Part shown: piece after piece, positions 45,601-58,852 of the stretch
Position numbering within the stretch: position 1 is the first letter of the stretch
Layout: each line of letters opens with the position of its first letter
Origin: Setoptus koraiensis
Lineage: Eukaryota; Animalia; Arthropoda
Length of the DNA: 64,000 nt
Reading direction: 5' to 3'
Assembly: GCA_048013815.1 (NCBI GenBank)
Contig: CM106585.1
Location: 1,426,001 to 1,490,000 of the forward strand
The notes under the pieces: model-generated
What the model was told of the DNA's origin: nothing
Database searches by the model: none
The model's input: only the letters and a program-made list of their open reading frames with translations
Translations under genes and position numbers: made by a program

Positions 45601-47064
45601 ATGCTGCAACAAGCGCGACGCTTTTTGTTGAACTCGACCAGTTTTTTGATCGGCCCGGAACTGCTCACTTGCTAAACTTTTTTTTTTCTCTAACTGAACA
45701 GTTGAACTTTACCAGGTAAAGCCAGACCTAAATTGAGCCTGTCCGCCTGATGTAGTTGCTGTTATCTCATGCCATTCATCGCCTCAAACGAGCCTCACAT
45801 GAGCCTCTTGTGACGACCAAAGGAAACATCTCAACAATGAATTGTTTTTCGGCTGCTGTAACGTGTTGGGGCCAATCATTAATTTTTTCAATTTACAGCT
45901 AGGTAAATTGCAAAAATTAATTGTCTGCAAAGCAAGCATCAAGCAAGAGAGCCCAGGCAGGCAGACAGAGGCACCAAGAAGGAAGTGTTGGTTGGTTGCT
46001 GTCGAGCAACAGACATGAATCAAGCGACAACGCAACACAATGCTGCACGTTGTTGACCGGCGGTAATTTATGTATGTATATCTATTATATAACAACTGTT
46101 GGCTGATGTTGCACCATTGGCTGGTGGGCGACAGCTGTAGCTGAAACGCTGATTCGCATGCTGGCGAAATATTTGCAGATATCTGGCCAACCATTAAGCT
46201 GGCAAATAAATAGTGGGGCCCATCATAGAGCGAGCCTGCTGGCGGCTATTTGCTGCCGGTGGGATCTTTCATTAGATGTTATCTTTATTGTTTTCATCGG
46301 CTGGCTAGCACAACAACAGCGCCAGTATATACAACGAGGCGGGCTTTGTGTTATACAACTGCAACTGGACAAGACTTTGCTCTCCTTGAGACAGTCTGTT
46401 GTGCCAAGCAATTGTTGTCAGAGAATGGGCGCGAGCGAGAGAATTCTTTTGTAATTATATTATACTGAGCATGATAATAATCGCTCGCCGAATTACAGCA
46501 TGGTCCCAAAACACTCTCTATTGTTTTATTATTATTATTATTGTTGTTGTTGTTGGTGCTGTTGCCGCTGTTGTTGTTGTTGGTGGTGGTGGTGCTGCTG
46601 GCAAATAAGCTGCTGGCGTGTTTGTTTGTGTTTGCTAGTTGGGGTACGCTAAAACAGACAGGTTATCCTGTGAGAAGAAAGGCCTAGAATATAGATGATG
46701 AAAGCAACATTGTGTGAACAACTAAATGGACCAAATTACTCACTTGGCAATATATATGGCTGGCCAGCAGCAAGGCCATTGGTAGCCGGTGTTGGCAGCT
46801 TGCAATGGCGCACCAGCAACACCGACTGGCTTCTGTCCTCTGCAAACTGGCAGCTTCTCGTCTGTTAGTCTGCCGGCCAGATTGAATGTAAGCGATAAGT
46901 GCCCCAGGTTAGAGTGCCTCAGGTTGCTGGCACGAGTGGGGCCCGCAGCTCGTGGCTGGCTGAGTCATCATCATTATGCCACCAAATGAGCCATTGAGCT
47001 GATTTCGTCGAGTTGGTTAAAGCCGCACTCGGCCACACCAATCCGACCGCTACCTGCACGAGAC

Positions 47065-47065
47065 G

Positions 47066-47098
<33 letters not shown>

Positions 47099-47251
47099 GG
47101 TGTGTGTTTGGGTGCGTTTGGGTCTGTTGGGGACCGGCGAGAGAAGGCAAAAGCGCACAAAATACGCGCAAACCTGGCGCCCATAATGATGATGACGACT
47201 CGATATTGGTTTTCTCTTGTCCGGGGGCCCGTCCCCCAAACACACACACAC

Positions 47252-47319
<68 letters not shown>

Positions 47320-47377
47320 CTTCTCATCAACTGGCTTCTCCCTAACTGGCCTGTCTCTCTCTCTCTCTCTCTCTCTC
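47065..47377. repeat. Compound (GT)n ... (CA)n ... (TC)n microsatellite cluster, GT and CA blocks inverted
   Basis: GT block 47065-47100, CA block 47235-47320, TC block about 47354-47377. Confidence 0.95.
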
Positions 47378-50302
47378 ATTCTAACGACCATGATTACTGC
47401 TGCTGGTCGCACGACGAGGCCCCATTGCCGTTACCTGGCAATCACAAGGAGCAGTCGCATTAACTCATTTACAGCAGCCGATAATAACGGCCGGCCAGTA
47501 ATAAACGCGGCCCATATCTATTACTGGCAAGACAAGACTCGCCCAGCCGGCCATAGGGGCGCTCATCAGGGCCGGCTGGCACATGACACAACACTCAGGC
47601 TGGCTTTTATGGCGACTTATCATGGTATTATTATTATGTCTTGTGTTTGTTTTGTGAGAAACATTTAGCTCGTTGGACTGCCCGTCAGTTTTAGGCCGGT
47701 ATTTAGCGGTGCCAAATCATGACAGCGATCTCATTTGCATCCTCATTTGAGATTGCAGCGGCCAGTGTGAGCATAATTGAGTGGACCAAACAAGCATTCA
47801 TTTCACCAATTTCATTCATGAATCATGATTCAATTTTGCGTCACACTGTGGCCGCCAGACGGCCGACCTTACAACTTGTTAGGTCGGCATAACCGTTAGT
47901 GTCTAGTTGACAATTGTAAGAGGTTAATTTTGCTGCGCGGCACGATTGGCTTGTTTGGGCCAGTGTCACCTGTGTGTGTGTGTGTATCGTGCCAGCAAAT
48001 ATCCGTTATCCGGCCTAGCGGACAATGCACACAATTGGCGTGATCAATTGTGCCTAGTAGCCGGCTCAAAGGCGCCCTAAAGACCCGGACGAGCAAAAAG
48101 ACGCCTAAGAGGGCTTAAATTGAGCCAACTAGCTCGCCCTAGTGACAATCTCTACACCTGAGCATCCATCATTTGGCTCGTTGTAGCCTGTGCGCCTAAA
48201 TCCCGCGAGCGTTATCTGGGCCAGAAACACCGGGCCGAAATAACTGGCCCAAATAACTAGCCAAAATAACGCTCAAGTGCAATGATTGTTCAACGCCAAT
48301 CAGAGTGGCTTACGCAGAGCCATTTTATTGGAGAGCGCCCGGCACCATTTTTGCTGAAACTGCGGCTCAATGTTGGCAAACAACAATGTCAAAAATGTTG
48401 TCTATAGCATGGCTAGGCGCGCTAAATTTGGGGCCTAACTGGCGCTGGTTGCGCCAAACATGGCCCAAAATGGGCCACACAACAAGGCAAAGGCCGTGCC
48501 CTCCTTCCGTGCGCGGCCCCAGATGATGGGCCCAATGAATTGATTATGCTAGCTGGTTGGTGTAACAATGGAATGCGCCTAACCAATGGCAAGATAAAAG
48601 ATCAATATATCACTTTTGCATGATTAATTGTCGCTCTACTTGCGCAACACACACACACACAACATTGTGCATGAGGCATCTTCTCTTGGTCGGAGAGACA
48701 CACAAGATATTTGGATTAAGTGCAAATGCAAGCCCAACACAAAATATGACAACATATAAGAAGAGAGAATCTACATACGACAAGATATCTGGGCACTCTT
48801 ATGATAAAAGTCCTCGCTGCCATTGGTAACCGAATACCAACCCGGCAGCACATTGGCAATAAATGTCTCGTGGGCCATTTATTGCCGGCACCCGGCCTGG
48901 CCCGGCCCCCATTTACAGATGCAGCGATGCAGTGACTATAGCAGCATGGCTGGCGGTTTTTCTTCGACAGCAAGACATTAGTATCATTTGTCGGCACCAG
49001 CAGCTTGTGCCTATTCTAATTGCGTGCCGGCCGCATGCCTATGACGACTTGTTTGGCCCCTCGCAGGCGGCGCATATCTCAATTCGAGATACATATGCAC
49101 ATGATAAGATCGCGCTGGCGTGTTTTCACAAAACACCATAAAATATCCCTGTTAACATGCCGCTTGTGGGGCCCAAAAGTGTTGCATATGTGAAACAAAA
49201 CCAACTTTGTGTGCGTGTGTGTGTGCGTGTGTTTGGGGCCAACCACCAACAGACAGCGAGAGATAAAGGCTGCGATTGCATGCTCGCCCCCACACACACA
49301 CACACGCACACACCGTTTCCAAGACACACTGCAAGACACACTGTAAGACACACAATTCATGTTAATAATGAGCCTCTCAAGTGGGCCGAGCTCATACCGC
49401 CAGAAGCCCATTTGATTGCTCTCAAGCCGGTTGGCTCTTTCGCTCGCTTGCTCTCTCCATCTATCGTCTTGCTTGTGCTTGCATTAATGGCTTCGATGTC
49501 AAGTAGGCGCCAGACAAGCCACAAGAGCATGAGACAGAAACCAATGGAGAAGAATGGCGCCAACCAACACAATCGACAGAGATGTGGCTGCAGAGATTGG
49601 GCCCAAATTAAACAAAATGGAGCGTATAATATGTCGGCCATCTATGGATAATGGTGACAAGCCGGGTTACGCCGCGCCTTCAGTCCGAATTCAAAATCAT
49701 CTCAGCAACAACTAATAAGAGACACTCAAGTGGCAAGCTGCCTCTGTCTCTCTCTCTCTGCGAGAGAGAGTCTCTCTGGCTGTCTCTGGCTCTTATGGCT
49801 CGCCAATATCCGCACACAGACTGGTGCGCGGCGACATATCCGCGCAACACTAAAGCGACAACTGTGCGACAATATGCACAATATCTGGCCGGCCGAGTTG
49901 TTGTTGTTGGTGCAAAATTCAAGTTGTAGCCAAGTTGAAAATGTAGCCAAGTTGAAAACTCGAGCCCTGAGACAACACAACGACCAACTGACGGCCACAT
50001 GCTCGCCTCAGTTGGGGCCCCTCGAAACAAGATTACGTGTTTGATGGTGGCCGCGATGCACTTATAGCTGCCGTTATATCTAATTTCGGCAACAAACGGG
50101 GCCTCGTAAGCCGCTTTGAAGCGTCAAAAGGATACGCTTCGGAGCACCTCGCCAAACTGGATCACCAGTGGGCTGCCTACTTAAATCTCTGTCCATGTGA
50201 ATGATGAACGACGAGCATGAAGCACCCGTCGACAACTGCCAACACGTGGCGAGTGGCATAGTGCAAACGCGTGCTGTTATAACGGGACATAACGACGCTC
50301 AC

Positions 50303-51149
50303 CTTGATCGCTGGTTGTCGCTGCATTGTTATGATTGTTGTTGGTGTTTGTTGATTGTTGCTTAGTTAGTGGCTGATCGTTGATTGGCGCACTAGGCATA
50401 GGTGAGTATAAATTTAGATATAGACAATCTTCGTTTTGTTTGTGCAGGAATGATTGTATGTGGCGCAAATGCGCATAAACTGACGCCAAATTGTCGTCAC
50501 TGTTGCCTTGTTGTTGCTGTTGTTGTTGCTGCTGTTGTTGGTTGCCGTCACTGTCTTGATGCTGATGCTGCTGTCGGTGGCTGCCCTTGGGCTGCAAATT
50601 GTCAAACAATTGCTGCGGACAAACGGCGCTAAATTGATTGGCCAGATAATGATTGCCAGCGGCAGTGTTGTTGTTGTTGTTGTTGCTGGCTGCCTGTCTT
50701 GGGTGATATCTGGACACGGCTCCTGGGGGCATGAAGCGCAAAAAGTTGATCGGCGGAGCGGCATATGGCAAGGCGAGAAATGCTTGAATTGGGCCCATTT
50801 TCTTGCCATTCTCTTGAAAAACATTTTCCATTTGTTGTTGTTGTTTGCTCGCTGATTTGGCTGATCTGGCCCAGTCCACAAGCACACCTCTGACGGTGCC
50901 CTGTCGATGCAATTGAACATAGTAGGGACTCAGCGGCAACTGGTCGGGCCAATTGGGGCCCCGGCTGCCATGTCTGGTTTTGACCTTTTCATCATATTTG
51001 ATGTTGTCGCTGCTGCCGTGGGCTGTTGCAACGGCGGCGCCACCGGCCATGATGCAAGCGAAAATCATTATTGTGAGAGACAACAACATCAAGTAGGCGG
51101 CCAATAGATGAAACTTGAGTCTTGACAGTTTCTTCTTTGGCTTGCTCAT
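50303..51149 (-). CDS. Nlg: Neuroligin exon 1 (signal/anchor and start of the cholinesterase-like domain)
   Basis: First ATG (MSKPKKK) at 51149; the ORF track start at 51191 is a TTG. Hydrophobic segment, then QGTVRG, AFLALPYAAPPINFLRF, SAVCPQ and NEDCLYLNLYSP; donor CAA G|gtgagc. The seven exons sum to 5478 nt (1825 aa plus stop). Confidence 0.9.
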
Positions 51150-52062
51150 GGTGTCGTCGTTGTGTGTTGCTTGTTGCAGATAGATTGCCAATTACTCATG
51201 GATGATTACTGTTTGTTCATCGCTCGCTGCTTGTTTGGCCAGCATACTGTCGCTATATTCATCGGTCGATGCTTTCACTTGGACACTTGTTGTTGTTGCC
51301 GTTGCTGCTGTCGTTGGATTGATAGTTGTGAACGCGTGAATAGTGAAATGCTCAAGTAAAATGCAGTTGTCGTTGTTGTCGTTGTTGTCGTTGTTGTTGC
51401 AAACTCAAGTTGTTCGTATCAGCAGCTCATGCGCCCCCGATAACAAATAGAATAATGGTTGACCAAATGCGCTGCTGGCGACCTAGCGACCATTTGTTCG
51501 CGACTTGTCTCATGCGTGAAACTCATGCGCATTTCATTCGAACGCAGTCGCCGTCGCCATTACTACACCGCTAGATACCGCTATTGCTGTACTATGTAGT
51601 GTAGTATGTATACGTATAGAGGGCTTGCTTTGCGCTCATTCGAGATGTTAGATAGTTATTTGGCATATAAACACTGCGCGCTGTTATATACAATCATTGT
51701 ATTACAATGTATTCGCTGGCACTCGATGAGTATTATATCTTCATTTAATTCGCCATTGGACAAACAGCTTCGAAAAAGAAATAAATGTTGTTGGTGTCTG
51801 TTGCGTCACCATGTTGTGTGTATTATTGTCAGTCAGTTTAGTTGTGTCGCGCTGTTTGCAGACAAACAAACAAGCATTTCATCTCATCTCATCTCATTTC
51901 GTTTCATTTCGTTTCAATCAGTTTACCATCATCCTCTCGTATACTTGCATAGACTTTTATACGTTTATATGCACTTTATATCCACTGTTAGTTGTTTTGC
52001 GCTTATATTGCGTCAACTTGTTCACATTGCTCTTTGCTGGCGCTTTTCGCCTTTGCTGCTAC

Positions 52063-52129
52063 TCGCTAGGCAATAAGTCGCCGGGCAAAAAGTCGCCAGG
52101 CGAAAAGTCGCTAGGCAAAAAGTCGCTAG
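52063..52129. repeat. Degenerate 15-bp tandem repeat (AAGTCGCTAGGCAAA-like), about 4 copies
   Basis: Read directly from the sequence. Confidence 0.85.
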
Positions 52130-55100
52130 CAGCTAGCACCTAGCGACTCGTAACTAGCCTATCGAATAGACACGCCGGCAGACATTATCTTAAATCTCAA
52201 TTTACGCACTTAATTCTGCTAATTTAAATGATGGACATGCTCTGAATGTCGTAATATGTGACAATGTCTAGTGTTGTAATTTACTGCTAACTATTGACGA
52301 CGGAATGCGTTCACTTGTGCCCATTGTGTGTGTGTCTATATCACATACACTATACACGCAGTGTGTGTGTGTGTTTGTAACTGCAGTTAATACTGAGTTT
52401 ATTCGCTGTTAGGCCTCAATATAAACCTCAAACATTTCGTTAGTCGCTATCGCAACTTGCACAAACAATTAGAGAGGCGTTACGTAAGCGAACACTAAGC
52501 ATGGACAGTGGAGATGAGGCCCGAAAATTAAAAATAATAATAATTGAATCTGGTGGCAGCTTGATAAACATCAAACTGCTGCAAACTGCATTGGCTCGTA
52601 ACAACATTGCCGGCTGCTTGATATTGTAGCGGCAGCCGCAGTTGCAGCGCCAACAGTGAACAGCAACAACGACAACAACGATAACAGCAACAGCAGCGAC
52701 AACAACAAAGACAACAGCAGCAACAACAACGACAACAGCAACGACAACAACGGCAACAACAACAGCAACGACAACAACAAAGTTCATGCAAAGTGGCTCG
52801 TTTACATACGATACTGTTAATAATAATTAAGCGAATCCAAGTGAATGGCGCCATGATGATGATCATTAAACATGATTTTGCAATAACTTACAACAAAGCT
52901 ACACAACAGACAACATGCAATACATTGCGTAACAATTAATTAGATTAGACACACAAACACTAGGCATCGTTGACTTCATTAGGCGACTTGAAGATGACAG
53001 ACGCACACTATTGTGAACAACATGTAGTAGTGGTAGTAGTAGTAGTTGTAGTGAAATGAATAGTCAGACTAAAGTAAGCATGATATATTATTTATTAGTA
53101 TTCAGTGTTAAATTGTGTGTGTCTTGCTGTCGCTTAGCCGGCCGTTGATTTGCTGTTGAGTTGCCGTTGAGCTGTTGTTGAGGCCGAGCCAGTGACGCCA
53201 GCCAACAACCGCCGCTACCACCGCTGCTGGCCAGCATCGTACAACCATGAACAACAACAACGACAACAACAACGACATTATTAACAGCAACAATGGCTCG
53301 TGTATTGTCACACTAGCAGTTATAGCTGGCAGTTACTTGACATGTGATAATGCTAGATTAAATTGATCCCGACACAGCCAAATTCACTTGTTTATCTCTT
53401 GTTTCACGTTATTAGTATGCATACGCAGACAGTTTGCATATTACTTAACAACAACAGACGACTTATGGACAACACAAAGTATAACAACTTTGCCCAAGTA
53501 AATTGGCCCCAGACATATCGCACATATAGCAACTTGCTACTACCAAGTGAAGCAGACAAACGAAGAGAGATAGAGAAAATTGATCTTTGTTGTTGTCACC
53601 AAACAACACGGGGATCATCACTTCAAATGAGCCATGTCCTACCAATGACTAAAACAATGAAAATTGTCTCTTTCATGGGAACAACAACAATTGCACTGGC
53701 CACAGCAAATAAATACGCCAAATGCAAACACCAATAGCAATATACGCAATTAGCATGCACTCACTAATATGATATAGCTGAAATCTGCAGTAATGCTGAT
53801 GGACAACATAAGCCAGTCATAAGTCTTGTGACGCAGTGAACAAGTAATGTCCAGTTGTCGGCCTCATTGTTGGCCAAATCCAGCTAACAAACTCTCGACA
53901 AATTTTGTTCTTTTTGGATCGCGAGCAGGTTACGAACGGAGATTTTCAGCGTTCGCTTTTTGCATTCAAACATATTAATACTTGTATATTTGTAACTTGA
54001 ATACTCGTCAATCAGCAGTCTGCCCAGCCTAATGCTTGCCGGCCAACAATGGCCAAAACCATTAATCAATGACATAATTCGTCCCTGGAGCAACGCTGAC
54101 ATTTGAGCTCTGACCAGTCCATCTCAAGCCGCCAAGCTCAATGGATCGGTTTGGATAACACAAGCGAATGCATGAACAGTCCACTCGAGTAATATCACGT
54201 AATCACGATGCTGCATAAAAATTATTGATGCTGTATAATAGTTATTGACAGTAGTAGTAACGCTGACGAGGATACACGTTTGTAGAGATTGATTAATCAA
54301 CAAGTTCACAGGTCAATTAGTGACAATTGGTCATTCAAGCAATTCGCAGTGCCATCTATTGCTTCCTAGAGAAAAAATCCGCGATCTATTCGCGACTCGC
54401 GAGTCAATCTGATGGCGGACAAGCTTGCCGTACCATAAGATGAGCGATAATCACTATAACTTGCATGGGGCTCCAATTTCGATGTTTGTTCTTTTTGCAA
54501 ACAAACGCATCCAAACGGGACAAAAACAACACATAATACCATGGTTAATATATTACATAATGATATTGGATGCACATCGTGATTCATGACATGGGGCTCT
54601 CTGGCTGAGTGGCATCGTCAGAGCTTTGTATTAGTAGTTGAGATCTGTCAACGAGCTGTAACATGTATCGACTGGCCGAAGCAGCAAACGAACGAAATGA
54701 AGAGCAACATTAGCAGCCAATCACGGCCAATCGGTCAACAAGAAATGATGCAAAGTTTGTTTGCGATATGAATTTAGAATGGACCAGAGAAACAGCTCAA
54801 CTGAAAGAATCCTCCAGTCATATGATATCGTGTACGACGAAAATGGGCGAAGAATTTTCTTTCCATGGCGCAACCCAAACAGCGAACACTATTCATATGC
54901 TTTATTCATGCTTTTGATGACCTGAGGACACATGATGATGGCGCCATTCATCAAGGGTCACTCATGAAGAATCCTGAAGGTCGTTCACTGTGGATTTTAC
55001 AGTCTTTATTGGCACGCTTGAATTACTATCATTCATAATGACTTGCGTTGGATCAAGTTCATTTTCATTCATTCATTCATTTTTTTTTTGCATGCAGATC

Positions 55101-58100
55101 CATGTAGGTGCGAGCCATGAAGGTCTGGAGCAACAATCGTTGCGACATTATGATATCATTATGATTGACGCGCTCTTATTATAAGAATATCACCTTGTAT
55201 CGCCTGACAGTGTGATATATAAATATAGAGGCCAGCAAATGTGTGCCAAACAAAACAAGCGATTATTTATTTATATGATTGCAACCTTAAACGGCCAGCA
55301 TATGTCAGAAACAATCTGGCTAGAATGCAGATAATGGAGTTAAACTTTTTGACATCTTTCAAAGTCATTGTCAGAATAAAAAACTCCACAAGTGTAAGCT
55401 GTCCACTTGCCACCCCTTGCTGAACTTGATTCGGCTTTCGTGCCCTCACATGAGATTGTGAGAGCCATCGTGCTTGTTGTTTTTGTTGATTGTAGTAAAC
55501 GCACAATTGTGACTTTGTGATATTGATTGGAAAAATTGTTTGCGTAGCTCTGTTTATGAGATGCGGACAGCAACAATTGATAACTTTGTGCAACCAACTA
55601 TGTGTATTAATCGAGCACTTCCGTTCTTTTTATGCAAACAATCGGCCCCAATAGTTAGAGTGCAACACACATGATAACAATGACCAATAATTCTTGCTCG
55701 ATTCATCAGCTTCTTGTGTCTCACATTGTCGTCATCATTGTCGACAACAATGACAATGATTTGTCAAAATAACAATTCTGCTCTCTGTCTGATCTACCTG
55801 TACCTTGTATAACTAAGAGCTCATTGTGACTTGGAATCACTCATTGATTTGCGTATTCAAACAAATACCAGGCATTAGTAAGTAAGCTGTTATCTGTATA
55901 AATTTGCAAAAGTTTGTACTTACGTAATAAGCAAACACACAATTTTTATTACAAACTCTTGAACTGTATTTGAACAAAAAGACGATGGTTGTTATCATCA
56001 TATTGATTATCATTATCGCGTGGTCCGACAAAACAGGTCACACGTCAGTATGTGTATTACATAACTTTAAATGGTATTATCCATAATTTAGTATCTATTA
56101 TATGTAACATATTACTAATAACCTTCTATGTATAGCTGTGCATTGTATGTACACAGTATGTTGTTATTAGTTGCCAGTGTTGTGGCTGTCGTATGTTCAA
56201 CACAGCATGTAAGAATGCAACGAAATGCAACGAAATGCAAGAAAAAATAAAATAATCTCATCGAATGACAATGGTCAGTTTGTTTGGCGTTGTCCAGTGT
56301 GATCTCTAATGTGATATTGGTGGCATACAATGGCATGCATATGCATCAAGAGAGACATATAAACCGACTTATCTCACAACAACTTTCTTCTGTCAGATTA
56401 TGTTTTGATTTTGTGCCTGGATAGCAGAGAGAAAATAATGGCATGTTCACAAAGCACTTATGTAATGTCCGCAATAATGTGAGACATCTTCTTTTATCGT
56501 ATGTATGGCATACGACTGTGGCTCACCCAAACCCGTTAATGCCGTCAACACACAATCCATCAAATGAGCTTGGCCCGACAACTTGACCGACACCGTTTGT
56601 TGCTCACAACAAAAAGCACTCAGATGCAGGCAAAGCTAAAACTTATTTGCCAATGGTCAGCTGGCGTGAAAAGCTGGCAAAAGGGAAAAGTTTTAAATTT
56701 GACAATGCCGCTATGTGGGCAACATTTAAACAACAAAACAGTTATCTGGATAAAAGTAAAAGTGATAATCGACGCCACGCCGAACAGTGATTAAGCATCG
56801 CAATTTGCGCCACAACAACAACAACAGCAACAACAACAACAACAACAACAACAGCTACAAGTGCAACCACCACCGTCAGCCACTGACAGCAACAGCATCA
56901 GAGAGCACAAGAGTCGTTATTAGTATAATTGAGCGACACGATTCCTTCAACTGGCTGGTTCATCGCCGGCTTTGAGTTGCTACTTCCCGACTCACTATTG
57001 AAATTATTTCCAACAAGGTAATTCTTGTTGCTGGCGAGCTCAGTCAGCTCGAGCTTTTTCCATGGTCGTGTGAACAACAAAACAACAGCCGAGAATCCCA
57101 ACAGCAGCAACAAATCTGTGTGTGCGCTAACAGCATGTCTTTGTGCTTTTGTATTAGCTGGCCAGAGAGAGAGAGGCTGCAACAAGTGGCTGACTTTCAC
57201 TTTTGGTGTTAGCCAAGGTGACGAAGCTTCTTTTCTTCGTTGTGCGCTCGTCAGTTCAGTGGCGCTAATAGTTGCACTTAATAATCAGTTTGAACATCTT
57301 CATTAGAACATAACAAATAACTGTATTGATTGCGTTGCGACGACTGCACCAGCCCAGTTACAGTGCGAGGCAGTGCGAGGATAGATTGAAAAAACAGCCA
57401 ACAGGAATAATTAATAATAACATTATATTGCCATTGTAGTTGACTGGTTAGCTACATATTAAAAAAGTGTGAGTGTGATGAGAAAAAGAGTTGATCAGAT
57501 CAGTGCTCGATTATTTATAATATACCGATGGTAGCTACTGATGGCTGATCGGCATCCAGTCTGCCAATGGGCACACAAGCATTATTGATTGGCTAGACAG
57601 CGAAAAGGAGAAATTATCAACGAGAAAAGAAATGAGTGGCTTCCAGTAACATTAGGACAGGATAATAACGAAAAATAAAAGTCAAGTGCTGCTGGCCAGG
57701 GTAATAGCAGTAGTGGTGTCGTTATCGTCAAACGCATTAGCCTAAATGTTAATGTTTGCTGTTCAAGCGAATCGTCCAACAGCAGCAACAACAACAATAA
57801 TCATCATCATCACAGGTAAAGTCGATTCAGTAAAGTCAACAGGCACACTTTAAATTTACATGTATACTATTTCAAAACTATTGAGCCAAGTTCGTTAAGA
57901 CACAAGCCAGGCGAACGAAGCCAGCTCACGAACCAACCAAATAGGTGAACAAAACAGCAGACAAGGATAATATCATGCTTTGACTGCTTTTAGCCAGCAC
58001 CATAATTGACCAGGCGAGAATTGAGCATTGAGGCATCAGCATCACAGTAGACGCAAGCCGACCAGTCGATGAGATAATTGACTGGTTCTCATGACGCTTA

Positions 58101-58790
58101 CAACACACAGCCAACAACTATTAATAACATAAAGGAGGTGAGTGTATTTTTGAAGATACCAACTTATTGTAATTTGGATGTAATCACGATGGCCCAGTGA
58201 TTGTGTTTACGCAACGAGCATCGGCAATGTGATTATGTCATTCAGTTTAGTAACAACAGCAACAGCAACAGCAAGTAAAATCAATATAATCAGTGAGAGT
58301 GAATGAAACAGCAACAATCATAATTGATCACAACATAACCACAATCAAATACAAAATAGCAAGACGACCTTGGATAGACAGTCTAGTACCGTTAGCATAG
58401 TGATACGTCTAGTTGGTTGCCATGTAAAATACGTTTATGGTCCCTTGAATCATATCAACGCACCGGTTGCTCAACAGCAACAACAACAAACGCCAACAAT
58501 TGTCAATCTCCAAGAGCAACAACATATTGCAACTTTCATACAGGTGACATAAGCACATTTAAAAATAGCCAACATCAATGCAACGCAACGGCATAATTGT
58601 TTAGTACCGTTAGAAATTGTCGCACAGAATCAACTGCAATCATTTCCAAGTCAAAACTAACAAGATTACTAGCAGTTGTTTGCCCAGAGAAGCAGCGGCT
58701 GCAACCACAACAAAAAGCTTGTTGCTTTGATTAAATTGTTATGCCGTTTGTAAACGACAAGTAGTTCATTAGATATACCCAGGCATTATG

Positions 58791-58852
58791 ACTGACATTC
58801 AGTATTGTGAGGTATTATAACTGACATTCAGTGTTGTGAGGTATTATAACTG
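58791..58852. repeat. 29-bp tandem duplication (2 copies, one substitution)
   Basis: ACTGACATTCAGT(A/G)TTGTGAGGTATTATA twice, with no spacer. Confidence 0.95.

Noticed and set aside
19375-50044. Dozens of 60-200 aa ORFs in the neuroligin introns (poly-V, poly-L, CV/HT, Q/N runs)
   Set aside because: They are translations of microsatellites or begin at non-ATG codons, and have no recognisable domains or consistent splice context.
18878-50302. Intronic miRNA such as insect miR-932, known from a neuroligin intron
   Set aside because: I did not see its mature sequence or any other conserved miRNA I could recall; a miRBase or MirGeneDB search is needed to exclude it properly.
51150-51191. N-terminal extension MAIYLQQATHNDDT given by the ORF track for neuroligin exon 1
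   Set aside because: It starts at TTG directly after an in-frame TAA; the first ATG is at 51149.
54914-54980. TGATGA and CTGA motifs suggestive of a C/D-box snoRNA
   Set aside because: Box spacing is too short or irregular, the terminal stem is weak, and I could not recognise an rRNA-complementary guide.
58791-58852. 29-bp direct repeat resembling a CRISPR repeat in length
   Set aside because: Only two adjacent copies with no spacer, no cas genes, and a eukaryotic context.
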